Source: a bacterium
Lineage (GTDB): Bacteria; UBP6; UBA1177; JAKLFG01
Direction of reading: 5' to 3'
Assembly: GCA_022711315.1 (NCBI GenBank)
Contig: JAKLFG010000004.1
Coordinates: 19,309-83,308 of the forward strand
DNA length: 64,000 nucleotides
Positions 28,850 to 37,945 of the stretch are shown here, piece by piece. The translations under genes and the position numbers were made by a program. Every line of letters starts with the position of its first letter. The stretch's first letter is position 1. The notes beneath the pieces are model-generated. The model worked only from the letters and a program-made list of their open reading frames with translations. It was not told where the DNA came from and made no database searches.

Positions 28850-30370
28850 TCAGAACTCGGCGCCGCCGTTGAGACCGATGCTGTAGAAGCCGTAGTTGTA
28901 CAGGTCATTGGCCGTGCCGGTCAGATTCACGATCTGTACCTGCGGCTGCATCATGAAGGTGAAGCCGGCGAACGAGTGGACCCCTTCGAACTCCTTGGCG
29001 AACAGGTTGATCCCTACGCCGAAACGCATCTGCGCGACATCGTTCTTGAAGTAGTTGACCTTGGTGGCGCCCGCGCCGGTGTACCAGGTCAGGTAGTTGC
29101 CGCCCGCGGCGTCGAGACTGTATATGCCGTAGTTGAGGTCGAACCGGACGCCGAACTGGACCTTGTCTATCATTTCGTAGTCTATCGTGAGGTTGTAGGC
29201 CGGCATGAGCGAGAGCGACAGGCCGCCGGTCGAACCGTTGATGAGCGTGGGGTCGGCGCTGTTCTTGGGTTTGAGCAGTTGCGCCATCGTGTAATCGACG
29301 GTGAGCCATGTCTCGAACCCGGCATAACTGAAGATGGTGCCGAGGCCGAAGCCGATGAACGGAACGCTCTTCTTAGTGGTTTCTTCGTAGTCGGTCCGGT
29401 ACTGGAAGCCGAGCATCGCGGTGAACATATCGGAGTAGTAGCCGCCCTTGAAGTACATGCCCATCGTCTTCTGGGTCGACCAGAACCGCGATATGTTGGG
29501 GATGACGCCGGTGCCCAGCATGAATTCGGCGTTGATGCCCGAATTGTCGCCGAGGTCGTAGTTGAACCCGAGCGCGAAGCCCGCGTCGGTCTCCGGTATC
29601 CACCCTTCGATCGCGAGGAGCGAGCGGGTGCCGAACGGAGTGCCGATCGCGACGCCGAGGTGCTGGTATTTGTCGAGGATGCCGTAGGCCGGTATCATCT
29701 TGCCGGCGCGGATGGTGACCATGTCGAACAGTTTCATCCCGCCGTAGGCCTCGTAGGGGATCCCCTTGTAGATGCTGTTCTCTATGTAGTTGTCGTCCAT
29801 GAGGGGGTTGTACTGGATGGCGTTGTCCTTGTCGTTGGAACTGAGCAGGAGCGGGTTCAGGGTCCGGACATTGAGGGTCGCCTTCGCAAGCACCGACTTG
29901 CCGACGAACTCGGCGCCGAGGATGCCTTCATCGACCGACCCGAAGAAAAGACCCTGCTTGAAACTCTTCGCGTAACTGCCGAAGTTGATGCCGCCCTTCA
30001 CCATGACGACCGGTTTGATCCCCTGCGCGGCAGGGGCGGGGGCCGCCTTTTTCTCCTCTTTCTTGGTGCCGAGGATGTCATCGACCGACTCCTTCTTCTT
30101 TTCTACCTTTTCCGGTTTCGGAGCATCCTCCTCGTCCTCGTCTTCGTCCTCGTCTTCATCAATCGTGGCCTTTTTCGGTGCGACCTCCTCTTCCTCGTCG
30201 GAGCCGCCGAGCAGGTCCTTTATCGCCTGATCGCTCTCTTTCTGATCCTTTTCCTCCTTATCCGTCGCCGACTTTTCGGCGTCAAAGTCATCGAAATCGT
30301 CCGCGGCGCAGACGATGAACGGGATCAGGACGGCGAAAGCGATGAACATCAACTTCAGTGATCTGGACAT
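28850..30370 (-). CDS. outer-membrane beta-barrel protein with about 100-aa highly charged N-terminal extension
   Basis: Signal peptide. D/E/K-rich region (..DEDEDEDEDEEDAPKPEKVEKKKE..). Alternating barrel-like sequence. C-terminal ..GLNGGAEF. Confidence 0.7.
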   Translation of the reverse strand: MSRSLKLMFIAFAVLIPFIVCAADDFDDFDAEKSATDKEEKDQKESDQAIKDLLGGSDEEEEVAPKKATIDEDEDEDEDEEDAPKPEKVEKKKESVDDILGTKKEEKKAAPAPAAQGIKPVVMVKGGINFGSYAKSFKQGLFFGSVDEGILGAEFVGKSVLAKATLNVRTLNPLLLSSNDKDNAIQYNPLMDDNYIENSIYKGIPYEAYGGMKLFDMVTIRAGKMIPAYGILDKYQHLGVAIGTPFGTRSLLAIEGWIPETDAGFALGFNYDLGDNSGINAEFMLGTGVIPNISRFWSTQKTMGMYFKGGYYSDMFTAMLGFQYRTDYEETTKKSVPFIGFGLGTIFSYAGFETWLTVDYTMAQLLKPKNSADPTLINGSTGGLSLSLMPAYNLTIDYEMIDKVQFGVRFDLNYGIYSLDAAGGNYLTWYTGAGATKVNYFKNDVAQMRFGVGINLFAKEFEGVHSFAGFTFMMQPQVQIVNLTGTANDLYNYGFYSIGLNGGAEF

Positions 30371-30416
30371 TGCGAAACCTCCTTAACAATCCTTTCAAAG
30401 AGTGAAGTGTCGGTCT

Positions 30417-30445
30417 ACCTTACGGAAAGGTGGCATAAAATTCAA
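30417..30445 (-). promoter_or_regulatory. candidate promoter for the barrel gene
   Basis: On the minus strand, TTGAAT-N17-TAAGGT. Confidence 0.3.
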
Positions 30446-30501
30446 GTTTTTTTGTGCGACGGTCTCTCGAAGAGGAGCTGGGGGTGGCACGGTGCGAAAA
30501 A

Positions 30502-30530
30502 TTGACTCCCCGCCCGAAAGACACTATAGT
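30502..30530 (+). promoter_or_regulatory. candidate sigma70-type promoter for the small-ORF/lysS/lol/bamA unit
   Basis: TTGACT-N17-TATAGT, 30 nt before the GTG at 30561. Confidence 0.5.
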
Positions 30531-30560
30531 ACCCCGTTTTCCCGTTGAAGGAGGAGAAAA

Positions 30561-30806
30561 GTGAAGAAAAAGCTCATTATTTTCGGCATCATCGCCGTCG
30601 TTGTGCTTGCGGTCGTCATCGGGATATCCCTGTTCTCGGGGAAGGAAGCGCCATCCGCTCCGCCGGTCGAACGGAAACAACTCCGGAAGACCTTGAGGAT
30701 ACACCCCTCTCAACTCAAACTCAACCGTGAACTGGTCAACGATGCGTTGAGGGAGAAGTTTAAGAAAGAGGGGATACCTCCGGCGAACGAAGAGCGCCCC
30801 GAATGA
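30561..30806 (+). CDS. small single-pass membrane protein translationally coupled to lysS
   Basis: AAGGAGGAG SD, GTG start, TM segment LIIFGIIAVVVLAVVIGISLF. ATGA overlap with the lysS start. Confidence 0.5.
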   Translation: MKKKLIIFGIIAVVVLAVVIGISLFSGKEAPSAPPVERKQLRKTLRIHPSQLKLNRELVNDALREKFKKEGIPPANEERPE

Positions 30807-32326
30807 GCCAGCAGCATAATCCTCCGGCGGCCCCGGTCCTTTCCGAGAACGAGGTCATCCGGCAAAAAAAAGAAAAGGTGCAGGCGCTCCGGTCGGCGGG
30901 CCGCCATCCCTACGCCAATACCTTCCGTCCCGATACGCAGGTCGTCGCCTTCCGCGCCGCCTGCGAAGCGATGCCGAAGGAGGAACTCGAGCGACCCGGT
31001 AAGGAGGTGCGCTATGCCCTTGCGGGCCGCGTGATGGCGCTCCGGCTCATGGGGAAACTCGCCTTCGGCCGGATCAAGGACGGCTCCGGCGCGGTGCAGT
31101 TCGTGGTCAGCAAGGAATATCTCGGCGATAAGTTCGACCCGTTCAAGAAATTCGTCGATATCGGCGACATCATCGGGCTGGTCGGCGAGCCGTTCGTCAC
31201 CCGGACGGGGGAGGTATCCATCCTCGCGCACGAGGTGACGCTCCTCACCAAGAACATCCAGCCGCTCCCCGAGAAGTTCCACGGGCTCACCGACAAGGAG
31301 ATCCGCTACCGTCGGCGCTATCTCGACCTCATCATGAACGACGAGGTGCGCGAGACCTTCCTGAAGCGGGTGCGGATCATCAACTTCATCCGCGACCGCA
31401 TGAACCGCGCAGGTTTCCTTGAGGTCGAGACGCCGATGATGCACCCGCTCGTGTCGGGCGCCGCGGCGCGGCCGTTCATCACGCACCACAATACGCTCGA
31501 CATGCAACTTTACTTGAGGATAGCGCCCGAATGCTATCTCAAGCGCCTGCTCGTCGGCGGCATGGAGAGGGTGTACGAGATAAATCGCAACTTCCGCAAC
31601 GAGGGGATATCGATAAAGCACAACCCCGAGTTCACGATGATGGAGTTCTACTGGGCCTACGCGACCTACGAGGACCTGATGTCGTTCACCGAGGATCTCG
31701 TGTCGGCGCTTGCGACCGAGGTGTGCGGTTCGGCGAAGATCATGTATCAGGGGCGCGAGATAGATCTCGGCGCGCCGTGGGAACGGCTGACGATAGAGGA
31801 GAGTCTCGTGAAGTACGGCGTTGCGACCGCCGACGAGGCGAAGAGCCGAGAGGGATTGCTTGCCGCCGCGCTCCGCAATGGCATGGACAAGGACCATGTC
31901 GGCCCGATGAGTTACTACAAACTGCTCGTCACGCTTTTCGAAGAGAAGGTCGAAGAACACCTGTGGAACCCGACCTTCATCACCCGCTACCCGACCGAAC
32001 TGTCGCCGCTCGCCCGCCGTAACGACAAGACGCCCGAATGGGTCGACCGCTTCGAACTGTACATCGCGGGACGCGAGATAGCGAACGCCTTCTCGGAGCA
32101 GAACGATCCGGAGGCGCAGTACGAGGCCTTCGCGAGGCAGGTCGAAGAGAAGAAAAAGGGGAACGACGAGGCGGTCGACATGGACACCGACTACATCCGC
32201 GCCCTCGAATACGGCATGCCGCCGGCAGGCGGCGAGGGTATCGGCATCGACCGTCTGGTGATGCTGCTCACCGACGCCCCCTCCATCCGCGATGTCATCC
32301 TGTTCCCGCTCCTGCGGCCGGAATAG
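30803..32326 (+). CDS. lysS: lysine--tRNA ligase, class II
   Basis: 507 aa. RYRRRYLDLI, FLEVETPMMH, NFRNEGISIKHNPEFTMMEFYWAY, GGEGIGIDRLVMLL. Confidence 0.93.
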   Translation: MSQQHNPPAAPVLSENEVIRQKKEKVQALRSAGRHPYANTFRPDTQVVAFRAACEAMPKEELERPGKEVRYALAGRVMALRLMGKLAFGRIKDGSGAVQFVVSKEYLGDKFDPFKKFVDIGDIIGLVGEPFVTRTGEVSILAHEVTLLTKNIQPLPEKFHGLTDKEIRYRRRYLDLIMNDEVRETFLKRVRIINFIRDRMNRAGFLEVETPMMHPLVSGAAARPFITHHNTLDMQLYLRIAPECYLKRLLVGGMERVYEINRNFRNEGISIKHNPEFTMMEFYWAYATYEDLMSFTEDLVSALATEVCGSAKIMYQGREIDLGAPWERLTIEESLVKYGVATADEAKSREGLLAAALRNGMDKDHVGPMSYYKLLVTLFEEKVEEHLWNPTFITRYPTELSPLARRNDKTPEWVDRFELYIAGREIANAFSEQNDPEAQYEAFARQVEEKKKGNDEAVDMDTDYIRALEYGMPPAGGEGIGIDRLVMLLTDAPSIRDVILFPLLRPE

Positions 32327-32329
32327 CCG

Positions 32330-33634
32330 ATGCGGTTCGAGTTCTTCGTCGGGCTCCGGTATCTCTGGAACACGCGGCGCACCCGTTTCCTGTCGCTCAT
32401 CACGGTCATATCGGTGCTCGGCATCGCGATAGGGGTGGCGGCGCTCGTGACGGTGCAGTCCATCATGGACGGCCTGCAGAACCAGATGAAGCGCTCGATA
32501 CTCGGGTCGAAGGCCCACGCGCTCGTTTCCACCGCTGAAGGAACGGTCGCCGACTGGCAGGTCGCCGCCGCGAAGGCGCGCGCCGTGCCGGGGGTGATCG
32601 GCGTGACACCGCTCATCACGACCGAGGTCATCGTTTCGGCGCGCGAGGAGGTGCTCGGCGGCATCGCGAACGGGGTGGATGGCGCGACGATCGGCACGGT
32701 GACCCTGCTCCCCGAACAGATGGCGGCCGAAAAGAGCGACATCGGGTGCCTGACCGCCCCGGAACAGTGCCCCGCGCTCGTTTCCCGGCGCACCGGCGAT
32801 CCGGGCGACGCCCTGTACGACGACCTCATCGGCGCGCGCGACCTGCCGCCCGTCGTCATCGGTCGCGAGATGGCGCGCTATTTCAGCGTGCGTCCCGGCG
32901 ATGTGCTGACCGTCATCAGCCCGGTCGGCGGCGGCATGGGGCCCACCGGCCCGCTTCCTCTTTCCAAGAATTTCCGCATCGTCGGCACCTTTTTCACCGG
33001 GATGTACGAATACGATTTCAACTACCTGTACCTTGATCTTTCCGACGCGCAGAGGTTCTTCTCGATGGAGGGTCTCGTGAGTTCGGTGGCGGTCAAGGTG
33101 CACGACATCTACGATATCGACCGGATCGCGAAGGCGCTCCGCGGGGCGCTCGGCGAGGGCTATACGGTGAAGAGTTGGAAGGAGATGAACCGCAACATCT
33201 TCAACGCGCTCCTCATGGAGAAGATCGTGATGTTCCTCATACTCGGCTTCATCGTGCTCGTGGCGTCGTTCAATATCGTCGCGACGCTCCTGATGATGGT
33301 GCTCGGCAAGGTGCGCGAGGTCGCGATACTCAAGACGATGGGGGCGAGCCGCCGCATGATCATGGCGCTGTTCGCGGTGGATGGGCTCATCATCGGCACG
33401 GTCGGCACCGTGCTCGGGCTCGTGCTCGGGCTCGTCGCCTGTCTCTGGCTCGACGGCCTGCAACTCGGGTTCGCCAAGGATGTGTACTACATGACCGAAC
33501 TGCCGGTGGATGCGTCGGCGGGCCTCTTCGCGGTCGTCGCGCTCTGCGCGCTCCTCATCTCGTTCGCCGCCGCCCTCTATCCGAGCCGGTACGCCGCCCG
33601 CATCAGGCCGGCGGATGGCCTGCGGTACGAGTAG
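32330..33634 (+). CDS. lolC: lipoprotein-releasing ABC transporter permease (LolC/E family, paralogue 1)
   Basis: MacB-type FtsX topology, about 434 aa. LolC/E N-terminus FEFFVGLRYLWNTRR. The C versus E assignment is arbitrary. Confidence 0.8.
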   Translation: MRFEFFVGLRYLWNTRRTRFLSLITVISVLGIAIGVAALVTVQSIMDGLQNQMKRSILGSKAHALVSTAEGTVADWQVAAAKARAVPGVIGVTPLITTEVIVSAREEVLGGIANGVDGATIGTVTLLPEQMAAEKSDIGCLTAPEQCPALVSRRTGDPGDALYDDLIGARDLPPVVIGREMARYFSVRPGDVLTVISPVGGGMGPTGPLPLSKNFRIVGTFFTGMYEYDFNYLYLDLSDAQRFFSMEGLVSSVAVKVHDIYDIDRIAKALRGALGEGYTVKSWKEMNRNIFNALLMEKIVMFLILGFIVLVASFNIVATLLMMVLGKVREVAILKTMGASRRMIMALFAVDGLIIGTVGTVLGLVLGLVACLWLDGLQLGFAKDVYYMTELPVDASAGLFAVVALCALLISFAAALYPSRYAARIRPADGLRYE

Positions 33635-33643
33635 GGGGAACGC

Positions 33644-34948
33644 ATGAGGTTCGAAACGCTCGTGAGTCTCCGCTATTTCCGGAACACCCGCCGGTCGGGC
33701 GCGTTGTCGCTCGTGACGGTCATCGCGGTCATAGGGATGATGCTCGGGGTCGCCGCGCTCATATCGGTCCTTTCGGTGATGGACGGCTTCCTTTCCGAGA
33801 TGAAGGAGAAGATACTTTCCTCGACGGCGCATGCCCACCTGCACAAACTGGTCGGCGTTTTCGACGATCACGAAAAGACGGCGCGCGACCTTCGAGCGCT
33901 CGACGGCGTCGCGGGGGTCACCCCGTCGCTCAACGGCGAAGTGATGATAGCGGCGAACGGCAAGATAGTCGGCTCCATCGCGAACGGCATCGAGGTCGCG
34001 ACGATCGGCGAGGTGGTCGAACTGCCGCGCCAGATCGTGCCGGGACAGGGCGATATCGCCTGCCTCGCCGACCTTGCGCAGTGCCCCGCTTTCGCGGCGG
34101 CGCGGGCCGAGAAGGATCTGCTCGACGACGAGGACGGACCGGCGCCGGCGCCGCCGCTCCCGATCGTCATCGGCGTGGACATGGCCGAACAACTCGGGGT
34201 GAAGCCGGGCGACATCGTCACCGTCATCAGCCCGCTCGGCGGCGGCATGGGGGCGACCGGCCCGGTGCCGGTGAGCCGCCTGTTCGTGGTGGTCGCGCTG
34301 TTCCGCACCGGCATGTACGACTACGACTCGAAATTCGCCTATCTTTCACTCTCCGACGCGCAGGATTTCTTCCATGCCGCCGGTCGTGTCAGTTACCTCA
34401 ACATCAAGATGAAGGACATTTACCGGGTCAAGGAGGTCGGCGCGCGGGTCATGGACCTCGTGGGGGGGTTCCCCTACGGCATACAGGACTGGCAGGACAT
34501 GAACAAGACCACCTTCAAATTCCTCGAGATGCAGAAGATCGTCATGTTCATCATCCTCATCGCCATCATCATCGTCGCTTCGTTCGGCATCATCTCGACG
34601 CTCGTCATGCTCGTGATGCGCAAGGTGCCCGAGGTGGCGATACTCAAGACGATGGGCGCCGACGACCGGATGATACGGCGCATCTTCGTGCTCGACGGAC
34701 TCATGGTGGGCGCCGCCGGGACGGTCGCGGGCATGCTGCTCGCGGTCATCGTCTGTCTGACGCTCGAACAGATAGAGTTCCCGCTCGCCAAGGACATCTA
34801 TTTTTTCAACAAACTGCCGGTCGCGCTGTCGCCCGTCAGTTTCGGCATAGTGGCGCTCTGCGCCCTTATCATCAGTTTCGTCGCGACGCTCTATCCGGCG
34901 TGGAAGGCTTCGCGCATCCCGCCCGCCGAAGGGCTGCGGTACGAGTGA
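33644..34948 (+). CDS. lolE: lipoprotein-releasing ABC transporter permease (LolC/E family, paralogue 2)
   Basis: Paralogue of the previous gene (FETLVSLRYFRNTRR .. ILKTMGA ..), 434 aa. Confidence 0.8.
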   Translation: MRFETLVSLRYFRNTRRSGALSLVTVIAVIGMMLGVAALISVLSVMDGFLSEMKEKILSSTAHAHLHKLVGVFDDHEKTARDLRALDGVAGVTPSLNGEVMIAANGKIVGSIANGIEVATIGEVVELPRQIVPGQGDIACLADLAQCPAFAAARAEKDLLDDEDGPAPAPPLPIVIGVDMAEQLGVKPGDIVTVISPLGGGMGATGPVPVSRLFVVVALFRTGMYDYDSKFAYLSLSDAQDFFHAAGRVSYLNIKMKDIYRVKEVGARVMDLVGGFPYGIQDWQDMNKTTFKFLEMQKIVMFIILIAIIIVASFGIISTLVMLVMRKVPEVAILKTMGADDRMIRRIFVLDGLMVGAAGTVAGMLLAVIVCLTLEQIEFPLAKDIYFFNKLPVALSPVSFGIVALCALIISFVATLYPAWKASRIPPAEGLRYE

Positions 34949-34957
34949 GGTGACAGG

Positions 34958-35623
34958 ATGCTCGAACTGAGGAACATCACGAAAAGTTACACCATCGAGG
35001 GGAAGACCATCCCGGTGCTCCGCGAGGTGGACCTCGAACTGGCCGCAGGGGCGCAGATGTCGCTCATCGGCAGGAGCGGCGCCGGCAAATCGACGCTACT
35101 CTCCATCATCGCCACGATAGAGCAGCCCGACGGCGGCGTGCTGCGCATAGACGGCAAGGATACGACCGCGATGCCCGACGCCGCGCTCAGCCGGTTCCGC
35201 AACACGATGATCGGCACCGTGTTCCAGTTCCACCACCTTCTCCCCGAATTCACGGCGCTCGAGAATGTCGCGATGCCCCTGCTCATCGGCCGCCGCCATC
35301 AGGAGGCGTTCGGCGAGGCGCGCGCGCTTCTGGAAAGGGTCGGGCTGAAGGACCGCGCCGGGCACAAGCCGGCCGAGATGTCGGGCGGCGAACAGCAGCG
35401 CGTTTCCATCGCGCGGGCGCTCGTCGGCCGGCCCAGGATACTGCTCCTCGACGAACCGACCGGTAATCTTGACGAGGAGACCGGACTGGCTATCCTCGAC
35501 CTCGTGTTCTCGCTGGCGCAGGAGCACGGACTGACGACGATATTCGTGACCCACAACAAACAGTTCGCGCGGCGCATGGCGACCGGTTACGAACTGAAGG
35601 ACGGTAGATTATGGCCGCTGTGA
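34958..35623 (+). CDS. lolD: lipoprotein-releasing system ATP-binding protein LolD
   Basis: Walker A GRSGAGKSTLL. ABC signature MSGGEQQRVSIARAL. Walker B ILLLDEPTGNLD. Confidence 0.88.
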   Translation: MLELRNITKSYTIEGKTIPVLREVDLELAAGAQMSLIGRSGAGKSTLLSIIATIEQPDGGVLRIDGKDTTAMPDAALSRFRNTMIGTVFQFHHLLPEFTALENVAMPLLIGRRHQEAFGEARALLERVGLKDRAGHKPAEMSGGEQQRVSIARALVGRPRILLLDEPTGNLDEETGLAILDLVFSLAQEHGLTTIFVTHNKQFARRMATGYELKDGRLWPL

Positions 35624-37935
35624 GGACATCGCTTCTCGCCTTTCTGGTTCTCGTCGCGGGACTTGCCGGCGCGGCCGAGATCAAAGAGGTCAAGGCCGAG
35701 GGGTGCGCGCGGACCGAATGTTCGCTCATCACCAAACCCTTCGAGGGCAAGACCGCCCTGACCGAAGGGGAGATCGACGCGATACTCCGGTCGCTCTATG
35801 CGTCGAAACTGTACCAGCACCTCGAGATGCGCTACGACCTCGACACCGGTATCCTGCGGGTCGTCGTCGTGGAGCAGCCGGTCATCACTGCGGTCTCGGT
35901 GAAGGGCAACAGCAAACTCGACACCGACGATATCGTCAAGGTGATAGACATCAAAAGGAACCAGTTGGTGGATGCCGACAAGATACGCCAGAACGAACAG
36001 AAGATAACCGAACTCTACAAGGAGAAGGGCTATCTCATGGCCCGGGTCGCCCCCGACCTGACCGTCAACGAGAAAAGCAACGAGGCGACGCTCGTGTTCT
36101 CCATCGCGGAAGGGGAACGGAGCCGCGTCCGCAAGATAACGATAGCCGGCAACACCTTCCTGACCGACGATTTCATCAAGGAACGGCTCAACACGCAGGA
36201 GGAGGGACTGTTCTCGTTCTTCAAGGACGAGGGCTATAAGAAGGAGCTCCTCGAGGAGGATCAGGCCCGCATCATGTACCTCTACAACGAGGAGGGCTTC
36301 GTCAATGTCCGCGTCTCTCGGCCGCTCGTCGCGATATCGCCCGACCGCCGGGACATCGACATCACCTTCGTGGTGACCGAAGGTGACCGCTACAAGATCA
36401 ACACGGTCACGGTGGATGGCGACACCTTGGAGAACGGCGAATACCCGAAATACGAGCCGCGCCTCGTGAAGGACCAATGGTACCGCCACACCGAACTCAT
36501 CGCCGACATCGAGGCGCTCAAGACCTTCTACGGCGACGAGGGGTTCCCGTTCGTGACGGTGTTGCCCGACCGGGCGCCGATAGAGCCCGACAAGCGGCTC
36601 GATGTCACCTACCGCATCCAGAAGGGCAGCAAATGCAATGTCGAACGCATCGAGATAACGGGCAACGACCGGTCGCGCGACAAGGTCGTCCGGCGCGAAT
36701 TGCGTCTGTACGAAGGGGAGCTTTACACCTACACGGGCCAGAAGCGGAGCGAGATGCTCATCAAACGCACCGGCTTCTACGACGAGGTCACCATCACGCT
36801 CAAAGAGGGTTCGCAGCCCGATCTCGTGCGGGTCATCGTCAAGGTCAAGGAACGCAAGAGCGGCACCTTCAATGTGGGCGCCGGCTTCAGTTCGTTCGAA
36901 TCGTTCGTGTTCAATGCGCGGATAGACCAGAACAACTTCCTCGGCTACGGGCAGACGCTCAGTCTCGTGTCGCAGTTCTCGGCGATGCGGCAGGAGGTCA
37001 ATCTGTCGCTGTTCGAGCCCTATTTCTTCGACTATGATGTGTTCATGAACACCAGTTTCTACTTCGTCAAGTTCGATTACTCTTCGCTCAACTCTACCTA
37101 TTACGCTGATTATGAGGACAACCGGCTCGGCTACAGTCTCATCTTCGGCTACCCGCTGACCGACAACCTCTCGATATCGGGCGGGTACCGCATCGACAAG
37201 GTGTGGCTCAAGGGGGGCGCCAAGAACCAGATGAACTTCCTGTTCCGCGACATGCTCACCAGTTCGCTCCTCGCCCGGCTGACCTGGGATTCGCGCGACG
37301 ACCGGATGTTCCCGACCAAGGGGTTCTATTCCAGTTTCAGCACCGAGATGGGGCCGCGGTTCCTCGGCTCCGACGACGACATACTGACGCTCGATTTCAA
37401 CTTCCGCTGGTACCAGCGCCTGTTCTGGAACCTCGTCTACAAGGTCAATCTCCTCACCAGTTGGAAAAAGGACTTCTCGGGCAACCGCCTGCCGGTCTCG
37501 GAGCGGTACCGGCTCGGCGGCATATTCTCGATACGCGGCTATTCCTACAACTCCATCGGCCCCAGCGAGGAGTTGCGCGTCGCCGAATCGCCGTCAGACC
37601 CGACGAGCAGCATGTTCCCCTACACCATCGGCGGCGACAAGCAGATCATCATCAACAACGAACTGGAGGTCCCGATACTCAAGGAGATGCGTCTCAATCT
37701 CGTCGCATTCCTCGATGTCGGCAACACCTTCAACGAGGACGAGAACCTGTTCTACATCGACAATCCGGGGCGAAACAAATACCACCTGCCGCTCGCGATG
37801 TTCTGGAGCGCCGGGTTCGGCATCCGCTGGGTCACGCCGATCGCGCCGCTCTCGTTCGAATGGGGCTTCCCCATCACGCCGCGGCCGGGCGACCCGGTCT
37901 ACATGTTCGAGTTCAATATCAAGAACTCCTTCTAA
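35611..37935 (+). CDS. bamA: outer-membrane protein assembly factor BamA
   Basis: Signal peptide, five POTRA-like repeats, Omp85 barrel ending ..FEFNIKNSF. Overlaps lolD by 13 nt. Confidence 0.9.
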   Translation: MAAVRTSLLAFLVLVAGLAGAAEIKEVKAEGCARTECSLITKPFEGKTALTEGEIDAILRSLYASKLYQHLEMRYDLDTGILRVVVVEQPVITAVSVKGNSKLDTDDIVKVIDIKRNQLVDADKIRQNEQKITELYKEKGYLMARVAPDLTVNEKSNEATLVFSIAEGERSRVRKITIAGNTFLTDDFIKERLNTQEEGLFSFFKDEGYKKELLEEDQARIMYLYNEEGFVNVRVSRPLVAISPDRRDIDITFVVTEGDRYKINTVTVDGDTLENGEYPKYEPRLVKDQWYRHTELIADIEALKTFYGDEGFPFVTVLPDRAPIEPDKRLDVTYRIQKGSKCNVERIEITGNDRSRDKVVRRELRLYEGELYTYTGQKRSEMLIKRTGFYDEVTITLKEGSQPDLVRVIVKVKERKSGTFNVGAGFSSFESFVFNARIDQNNFLGYGQTLSLVSQFSAMRQEVNLSLFEPYFFDYDVFMNTSFYFVKFDYSSLNSTYYADYEDNRLGYSLIFGYPLTDNLSISGGYRIDKVWLKGGAKNQMNFLFRDMLTSSLLARLTWDSRDDRMFPTKGFYSSFSTEMGPRFLGSDDDILTLDFNFRWYQRLFWNLVYKVNLLTSWKKDFSGNRLPVSERYRLGGIFSIRGYSYNSIGPSEELRVAESPSDPTSSMFPYTIGGDKQIIINNELEVPILKEMRLNLVAFLDVGNTFNEDENLFYIDNPGRNKYHLPLAMFWSAGFGIRWVTPIAPLSFEWGFPITPRPGDPVYMFEFNIKNSF

Positions 37936-37945
37936 CGGGGAGGCC

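Noticed and set aside
30371-30560. Possible lysine riboswitch or T-box leader upstream of lysS
   Set aside because: The best promoter leaves about 30 nt of leader. No specifier or antiterminator hairpins or L-box helices can be drawn, and most of the gap belongs to the divergent barrel-gene promoter.
30710-34192. 1160-aa minus-strand ORF spanning the antisense of lysS, lolC and lolE
   Set aside because: It is codon-aligned with the three sense genes, which all start at positions congruent to 2 mod 3. In that antisense frame, stops arise only where the sense strand uses TTA, CTA or TCA, codons this G+C-rich genome nearly avoids. The translation is Arg/His/Asp/Glu-rich and has no motifs, whereas the sense strand encodes unmistakable LysRS and LolC/E.
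33175-34953. 592-aa same-strand alternative-frame ORF inside lolC/lolE. Similar cases lie at 37203-38294 inside bamA and 11137-11409 / 12000-12098 upstream of gspI / gspJ.
   Set aside because: The translations are extremely Arg/Gly/Pro/His-rich, typical of off-frame reading of G+C-rich DNA. The annotated frames carry the recognisable domains, and the real pseudopilin starts sit at ATGA junctions.
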